A stretch of DNA of 64,000 nt from an uncultured Alphaproteobacteria bacterium (GTDB lineage: Bacteria; Pseudomonadota; Alphaproteobacteria; Methylaequorales; Methylaequoraceae), in NCBI GenBank assembly GCA_902524895.1, contig CABZFH010000003.1, forward strand, positions 71,433 through 135,432, given 5' to 3'. Position 1 is the first letter of the stretch. The number at the start of each line of letters is the position of its first letter. A program made the position numbers and the translations under genes. This document shows, piece by piece, positions 58,287 through 64,000 of this stretch. The notes under the pieces were generated by a model. That model saw nothing but the letters and a program-made list of their open reading frames with translations. It ran no database searches and was not told the origin of the DNA.

Positions 58287-58427
58287 ATGATTAATACTGA
58301 AAATATTTGTTGTAAATACACTTGTTGCGCAGACGGTTGTTGTAGTGATGGTTGCGAAACAGGCGAGTGCAGTAACACATGTTGTAAAGATGGATGTTGT
58401 GCAGATGCTGAGAACTGTTGCGAATAG
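58287..58427 (+). CDS. 46-aa cysteine-rich (14 Cys) metallothionein-like peptide
   Basis: MINTENICCKYTCCADGCCSDGCETGECSNTCCKDGCCADAENCCE. Below the track threshold. Preceded by an 8-codon uORF (58261-58287) whose TAA overlaps the ATG (TAATG). Confidence 0.5.
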   Translation: MINTENICCKYTCCADGCCSDGCETGECSNTCCKDGCCADAENCCE

Positions 58428-58562
58428 ATAAAGGCTTGTTTTTAATCTATTGCAATCAATAATTTGATTACGTCTTTATTCTTATTTTATTCTCATTATA
58501 ATATTTTTGCTCTTAATTTCTTAAAACTTAGAATTATCACTATATATAATTCCAAATTCTTG

Positions 58563-58844
58563 TTAAATATCAAACCATAAGAAAATATAATTTCCGGTGA
58601 CCATTAGTGTGCCAAAGAATACAAAACAATAGAGTGCGCCAAATAAAAAGAAGTAAATTCCTGAAATCAGAAAACGAATGAAAGAGGACATAGAGCTTCC
58701 AAGTAATTCAAGTCTAAGGCTCATAATAAATGGGTTTAGTCTGTGTTTAGTTTTTTTATTCAACCAGTAAACAGGATAAGTAAATATCCAGAACATAGGA
58801 AGGAATAATAATATATATAGTACTGTAATTCCTAGTAGATCCAT
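58563..58844 (-). CDS. small membrane protein (3 TM), hypothetical
   Basis: 93-aa hydrophobic ORF. Confidence 0.45.
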   Translation of the reverse strand: MDLLGITVLYILLFLPMFWIFTYPVYWLNKKTKHRLNPFIMSLRLELLGSSMSSFIRFLISGIYFFLFGALYCFVFFGTLMVTGNYIFLWFDI

Positions 58845-59006
58845 ATAATTAACATAACTTAAATATAACTTTTAGTTAAAACAAAATCTTTTAAAATTTA
58901 TAATTATTTGATAATGAATTTTTGTAGATATTTAATTTAAAAATTGTAAAGTAAAATTATAATATTTTAAAGTTCAAACCTCGGGAAAATTAAAATCTAA
59001 GCAGAA

Positions 59007-59177
59007 ATGATGAGCGATAAATTTAAAGAAAGTATTCATCAAGAATTTGAAAGATTTATGAGAGATGAAATGGACGATAATGAGAAAAAAAATTACCAAA
59101 ATACATCAAGATTTAAGAATATTATTAAAAGAATCACTAAAGTGTTAATTGAAAAAAGCTTAAAAAAAAATATTTAA
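59007..59177 (+). CDS. possible 56-aa charged protein (MMSDKFKESIHQEFERFMRDEMDDNEKKNY..)
   Basis: Below the track threshold. No family and no obvious SD. Confidence 0.25.
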   Translation: MMSDKFKESIHQEFERFMRDEMDDNEKKNYQNTSRFKNIIKRITKVLIEKSLKKNI

Positions 59178-59234
59178 ACTTTTGACTCTTTCAATTCCGC
59201 TTTGCTATTTTTAAATTACACTAGATATATAATT

Positions 59235-59543
59235 TTAATGAAGCGTAACTTTTTCTTTTGTATCTTCGTTATTATTTAAAAAATTTTGACAGGGACTATG
59301 CATATTCACATATTCCTGTGCTGAGTGGACAATTCTATGAGATTCTCTTATCAATCTTGAAAGCAAATATTTACTGATTATAAGCTTATTTTTTTTATTT
59401 GATTTCATCAGTTTTTGAAAAATATAATTGTACATCATATGTTTCTCATTCTTCTGCTCAAAAACTTGATTAAACATAACAAGCATTAAGTTTTTAAAAT
59501 TCTCATCGTTCATATTATTAATGATAATAATTATTAATTTCAT
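59235..59543 (-). CDS. hypothetical protein
   Basis: 102-aa ORF. An internal start at MNDENF is possible. No motif recognised with confidence. Confidence 0.4.
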   Translation of the reverse strand: MKLIIIIINNMNDENFKNLMLVMFNQVFEQKNEKHMMYNYIFQKLMKSNKKNKLIISKYLLSRLIRESHRIVHSAQEYVNMHSPCQNFLNNNEDTKEKVTLH

Positions 59544-59569
59544 TTCAAGATCAATTTTATATTTTTTAT

Positions 59570-60082
59570 CTATTTGTTTTTAGATATTAGAGTATCCATG
59601 TAAGCTAAAATCACACCACTAATTACAAAAGTAAAATGTATGGCAATGAATAAGATAATCTGTTCTTTCGTGTATTTATCTAAATCAAAAAATACTTTTA
59701 AAAGATGAATCCCTGATATTGCTACAATTGAGGATACTAATTTAAGTTTTAATCCTTTAAAATCAACTGTTCCCATCCATTCTGGTTTATCCTCGTGATT
59801 ATTAACATCAATTTTAGAAACAAAATTTTCATAACCTGAAAATATTACAATTATCAACAAATTTCCGGCAAATGAAAGATCTATAAGAGTCAATATAAAT
59901 AAAATTAACTCTGTTTCATCAGTACTAAAGTTTAAAACGAAATGAAATATTTCTTTTATAAAAACTACTAATAAAAAAAATAAAGAAACTATTAAGCCAA
60001 AGTAGAATGGTGCAAGTATCCATCTTGAAGCAAACATAATTCTTTCAAGAAATTTTTCAAAGCTTTTAAGCATATCTTGCAA
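59570..60082 (-). CDS. yqhA: UPF0114 (YqhA) family membrane protein
   Basis: FASRWILAPFYFGL, FSGYENFVSK, SSIVAISGIHLLKVF. Colinear with E. coli YqhA as I recall it. Confidence 0.85.
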   Translation of the reverse strand: MQDMLKSFEKFLERIMFASRWILAPFYFGLIVSLFFLLVVFIKEIFHFVLNFSTDETELILFILTLIDLSFAGNLLIIVIFSGYENFVSKIDVNNHEDKPEWMGTVDFKGLKLKLVSSIVAISGIHLLKVFFDLDKYTKEQIILFIAIHFTFVISGVILAYMDTLISKNK

Positions 60083-60085
60083 AAT

Positions 60086-60115
60086 ATAAAAAAAAAGGGG
60101 AACTTAATCCCCTTT
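60086..60115 (-). terminator. intrinsic terminator for leftward transcription
   Basis: aaagggga (60094-101) pairs with tccccttt (60108-115) across a 6-nt loop. On the minus strand the hairpin is followed by a T9 run. Confidence 0.55.
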
Positions 60116-60145
60116 CCGTATTTAAATCACACATCTCAATATTAT

Positions 60146-60220
60146 TTATTTTACCTTTGAAGGTTGCTCAGATAAAAAATACAATAAATTAAGATGTGAA
60201 AAATTTATAATACTAGACAT
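60146..60220 (-). CDS. possible 24-aa micro-ORF (MSSIINFSHLNLLYFLSEQPSKVK)
   Basis: Preceded by AAGGAGGTG 5 nt upstream, the strongest SD I saw in the window. Followed by the terminator. Confidence 0.25.
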   Translation of the reverse strand: MSSIINFSHLNLLYFLSEQPSKVK

Positions 60221-60327
60221 CAGACCACCTCCTTTATATTGGTTAAAACTTATTTTAATTTAGTATTAAATTTAAAAAAGTCAAAAATAATATTGCATAA
60301 ACATAAAACTTTTTTTTATTGATTAAC

Positions 60328-60727
60328 TATGAAACTTCTACATTATCAATCTGAAATTCTAATTCTTTGAATCCATTTGGAAACTCTTTTTCATTGATCG
60401 ACATGAAACCCTCATCATAAAATTTTTGTTGTTGAATTGGAATAAATTTTTCTAACTCTTCCATAATTTCATTATCTTGTTGAAACCAAGATATAAAACG
60501 ATCTTTAGCCGATTCAATATCATGAATAACAAGCTTTTTTTTTGAATATCAAAAAAATATTGACTACCCTCTTCCATAAAATATAAATCAGAGTTTTTGA
60601 TGTGGCTTGGGCATTCACCGCATTGACAATTTTCGACTAATTCTGAATAATGGTATTTTTCCGCTTTAATGAATAGTGAAAAATGTATTTTGTAAGTTTT
60701 TATTAATTTAATTCTACTATAAGGCAT
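60328..60727 (-). pseudogene. CxCxxC-motif protein gene split by a frameshift at a 10-nt homopolymer
   Basis: Frame A (60452..60727) reads ..YHYSELVENCQCGECPSHIKN.. Frame B continues KKLVIHDIESAKDRFISWFQQDNEIMEELEKF.. to a stop at 60328. The frames switch at the T10 run near 60535-60545. Confidence 0.45.
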
Positions 60728-61748
60728 ATTGCAAACCCAATATAATTTTAAAATCCTGTTTCATTTGGATTCTATTATATTTTTCATAAATAGGTTTAAT
60801 TACTTCAATAGCAAATCTTTGATTATTTAAAAAGCTATTCTTATTTATGAAATTAAATCCAAGTCCTAGCAGAACTTTAGTATATCCAATATTTCCAGCA
60901 TCCATTGCAGGGCTCATTCTTGAATTTAGTTGATCGTCTTGTCCTTTCATTTGGTTCAAGTTTTTAAAACTAATTTTTAGCGAGGAACTAAAAAAATGAA
61001 TAAAATTATAAGAGGTCCAAATATTTGTATCCAAAAAATTTCCATACTTATAACCATATTTATTGCTATCTCCTGGTCTAAATTTGAAGAAAAATTGTGC
61101 GCCATATTTTATTTTATCAATATTTTTTAATATGTTTAGCAGAATGTAAGGATCGTAAGTCCCTGAACCATTCTGCATACTGTAACCTAACTTTTTATTG
61201 GAACCTGTTGGAGTTTGATCTTTTTTGCTAATACTACCAGTAGGGAAACTCAAACCAAAACCTAGATGCATTTTCAGATTTTTATTATTTTTAATACCAA
61301 ACATACCACCCAATAAAAGATCCCCAAAACCATGCGAATTAATATTAAATCTTGCACCTCCAGACATTTTCATGCGTTGTTGTGTCATTTCTTTCTGTTG
61401 GTAATTGCTCATTATTAAAAATGTAAAGTAATCGGATGGAGCGTACATCATACCAAACATATGCATTGACATATTCATTGATACTGGTGCGTTCATATAC
61501 GATCCTTTATTGAAAGATGAACCATTTGGATTTGTCATAGTATCCTCAATTGAGATTGAGGAAGTTCCATTACTTAACCCACTCATTATCATCGATGAAA
61601 GTCTATATGAAAACATGAATTCATTTTTTTTATGCATGTGATCACTCATTATGCTGATAGGGGCATGATCATCGGCAACAGTAATCTCATCTGAATGAGC
61701 ATAGTAACAACTTGATAATATAAATAATGTAGTAATTTTCTTAAACAT
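60717..61748 (-). CDS. outer-membrane beta-barrel protein with Met/His-rich segments
   Basis: Signal peptide. DDHAPISIMSDHMHKK, MNMSMHMFGMMY, MTQQRMKMSGG. Beta-strand periodicity to the C-terminus. Confidence 0.6.
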   Translation of the reverse strand: MFKKITTLFILSSCYYAHSDEITVADDHAPISIMSDHMHKKNEFMFSYRLSSMIMSGLSNGTSSISIEDTMTNPNGSSFNKGSYMNAPVSMNMSMHMFGMMYAPSDYFTFLIMSNYQQKEMTQQRMKMSGGARFNINSHGFGDLLLGGMFGIKNNKNLKMHLGFGLSFPTGSISKKDQTPTGSNKKLGYSMQNGSGTYDPYILLNILKNIDKIKYGAQFFFKFRPGDSNKYGYKYGNFLDTNIWTSYNFIHFFSSSLKISFKNLNQMKGQDDQLNSRMSPAMDAGNIGYTKVLLGLGFNFINKNSFLNNQRFAIEVIKPIYEKYNRIQMKQDFKIILGLQYAL

Positions 61749-61791
61749 AATGTTCCTCTCTAAAAAATTTTAAAATCTAAAGTAAAATTTT

Positions 61792-62103
61792 TTAGAAGGG
61801 AGGAGATTGAGATTTTTCAGGAATATTTAAAAAGAAGTTAGTTTTATTTTTCTTTTTTGATTTATCATCACTTTTAATAAATGTAATAAATTTCATATTG
61901 GCAGGGTCTACAACATCATCTTGAACTAGATCAAAACAATGTTCAAAACAATTATGTTTTGATGAATCTTCACTCGAAGAACATATGTCATTATTAATTT
62001 TATAATAAAAATTATGTAACTGACTGCTAATAGCGATGTTAGAGCCAAGCAAAAAAAATAATATTATGGTGTAGAAGCTGCTATTTTTTTTCATTTTTTC
62101 CAC
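61792..62103 (-). CDS. small secreted Cys/His-containing protein, hypothetical
   Basis: Signal peptide (FYTIILFFLLGSNIAISS), then ..DICSSSEDSSKHNCFEHCFD.. Confidence 0.45.
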   Translation of the reverse strand: MEKMKKNSSFYTIILFFLLGSNIAISSQLHNFYYKINNDICSSSEDSSKHNCFEHCFDLVQDDVVDPANMKFITFIKSDDKSKKKNKTNFFLNIPEKSQSPPF

Positions 62104-62437
62104 TTCATTAAATTACTAGTCACTATTATGTAATGCAACTCAAATAATAAACTTAAACCAAACTGTTTTCTTAAAGAGAAAAAAAACAAGAATTCAAAGA
62201 ACATTTTTTCATGTCTTGTTCAAAAAATGAGCATTATTCATTGTGAATTTTACTATTTAATCATCACTACAAACTATGCAAATTAAATTGAACAAAATAA
62301 ATTAATGAAAAAATATGGAAATCAACAATTACAAAATTTACAACTTAGTTGAAATAAATTCCAAAAATAAGGATTTTAGATATAATAGATTTCATAAATA
62401 AATTGGTAAAATTATTATAATTATAAAATAATTAAAA

Positions 62438-63196
62438 ATGAGATTTGAATTTGGAAAAAATTGGAAAAATTATTCAAGATTTATTGATAGTAAAAAAATT
62501 GAAATTGGAAAGGAATCATTAAAAGAATATTTTAACATTGAGAACTTTGAAAACAAAACTTTTTTAGATGTAGGTTGCGGAAGTGGTCTTTTCTCGATTT
62601 GTGCTACCTCTCTTGGAGCTGATGTAAGATCTTTTGATTACGATCCAGATTCCGTTGATTGTACAAAAAAAGTTTTTAAAACACATATTAAAAAAAAAGC
62701 ATTAGTTGATAAAGGAGATATTTTGGATAAGTCTTTTATTCAAAATCTTGGAAAATTCGACTATGTATATTCCTGGGGTGTCCTTCATCATACAGGGAAT
62801 TTAGATACTGCACTGAAAAATATAGATATGTTAGTTAAAAAAAAAGGAAAACTCTTTATTTCCATTTATAATAATCAAGGTGCAAAGTCAAAAGCTTGGG
62901 AAAAGATAAAACTTATATACAATAAGTTTTTTTTTTTAAGGCCATTATTATTCATCATATTTTTTATTTTTATGAAGTTACCTGAAATTATTTACAAAAT
63001 CATTAAAAAGAAAAACGAAATAAGAGGAATGAATCCTTTTATTGATTTAATAGATTGGTTAGGTGGTTATCCGTTTGAAACAGCCAAACCTGAGGAAATC
63101 TTTGATTTTTTTAGAGAGCTTGGATATTCATTAGAGAAAATTAAAACTGTAAATGGAAAATCAGGTTGTAACGAATTTGTTTTTATGAAAGATTAA
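62438..63196 (+). CDS. class I SAM-dependent methyltransferase
   Basis: FLDVGCGSGLFS motif I, then a D acidic loop (RSFDYD). Confidence 0.8.
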   Translation: MRFEFGKNWKNYSRFIDSKKIEIGKESLKEYFNIENFENKTFLDVGCGSGLFSICATSLGADVRSFDYDPDSVDCTKKVFKTHIKKKALVDKGDILDKSFIQNLGKFDYVYSWGVLHHTGNLDTALKNIDMLVKKKGKLFISIYNNQGAKSKAWEKIKLIYNKFFFLRPLLFIIFFIFMKLPEIIYKIIKKKNEIRGMNPFIDLIDWLGGYPFETAKPEEIFDFFRELGYSLEKIKTVNGKSGCNEFVFMKD

Positions 63197-63207
63197 TTTT
63201 TAGTCAA

Positions 63208-63942
63208 ATGTTTAAAAAATTTAAAGAGAAATATATTAAAAATACTCTCGCCTACAAATCATATAGGATAAAAAAGTTCAAACCTTTCGTTTCGTATTCT
63301 TCATTTGGTGAGGAAATACTGGTGAATAGAATCTTTAAAAATAAAAAAAATGGATTTTTTGTTGATGTTGGTGCTTTTAATCCGGTTGTTGGCTCCTTGA
63401 CAAAAATACTCTATGACAAAGGATGGAAAGGAATAAATTTAGATTTTTCTGAAACTAATATCAATTTGTTTAAAATTTTCAGAAAAAGAGATATTTCCAT
63501 TAAAACTGGAGTTTCAAATAAAAATATAGTAAAGAAATCTTTTTCTTTTGATCCTAGTTCAGGGACTAATACACTAAATAAACAATACGCTGAAGGTTGG
63601 TCCAAAAAATTTTATAAAAATTATCAAATTGAAGATGTTAAATGTAAAACATTAAATACTATTCTTGAGGAAAATAATGTTTGTAAAAATTTTGATTATC
63701 TGAATATTGATGTTGAGGCGCACGACTTCGAAGTTTTGCAGGGTATTAATCTCAATGTATTTAAGCCTAAGTTAATCACATGTGAAATAATTGGTAATTT
63801 AAAAAAAATATCAAAAAAAAATTCAGATATGTATTTTACAACTACTGAAGAGTTGATTAATTCAAAAATTAATAAATATTTAAACAAATATAAATATAAG
63901 CTTGTATCACAATATTATTTAACAGCTTTCTTTATTAAATAA
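63208..63942 (+). CDS. FkbM-family methyltransferase
   Basis: GFFVDVGAFNPVVGSLTK and a later NIDVEAHDFEVLQG. Confidence 0.72.
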   Translation: MFKKFKEKYIKNTLAYKSYRIKKFKPFVSYSSFGEEILVNRIFKNKKNGFFVDVGAFNPVVGSLTKILYDKGWKGINLDFSETNINLFKIFRKRDISIKTGVSNKNIVKKSFSFDPSSGTNTLNKQYAEGWSKKFYKNYQIEDVKCKTLNTILEENNVCKNFDYLNIDVEAHDFEVLQGINLNVFKPKLITCEIIGNLKKISKKNSDMYFTTTEELINSKINKYLNKYKYKLVSQYYLTAFFIK

Positions 63943-64000
63943 ATTTAATTAAAAAAAAATTTGTAGCGTCGTTTTAAATATAATGTTTCCATTGTACTTA

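Overview
Visibly AT-rich, very gene-dense alphaproteobacterial-type chromosome segment. Many genes overlap by 1-22 nt and Shine-Dalgarno sequences are nearly absent. Gene content, base composition and a permuted ssrA fit a streamlined SAR11/Pelagibacterales-like genome best (inference). Bases 1-47.8 kb are ordinary core: tsaC, infA, hisDG, murA, dcd, pyrC, an asnB plus four-glycosyltransferase envelope cluster, glyQS, ispB/ubiB/COQ9-like, apt, rodA-mrdA-mreDCB, leuA-ilvCHB, miaA, degP, hflKC, apbC, thyX, plus tRNA-Phe and tRNA-Thr. One uncharacterised MotA/ExbB-like four-gene envelope operon lies in this part. At about 47.95-48.2 kb sits a two-piece (circularly permuted) tmRNA gene with tag ANDNEMALAA, and the architecture changes abruptly there. 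The 3' end of ssrA is repeated seven times in direct orientation up to about 58.2 kb. Copies 2-7 carry an extra conserved left arm and short element-specific direct-repeat motifs. Together they split about 10 kb into six mini-cassettes of 0.5-3.5 kb that hold small envelope or secreted proteins, an FkbM methyltransferase, a decayed BglII-like restriction gene, an HNH-like ORF and three strongly SD-driven coupled micro-genes. No recombinase is recognisable anywhere in the window. This integrase-less, ssrA-anchored cassette array is the main candidate for a novel system. Beyond it (58.2-64 kb) accessory-looking genes continue: a 46-aa peptide with 14 cysteines, Met/His-rich outer-membrane and Cys/His secreted proteins, yqhA, a homopolymer-frameshifted CxCxxC gene and SAM/FkbM methyltransferases. 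All functional calls rest on motif recognition by eye; no database search was possible.
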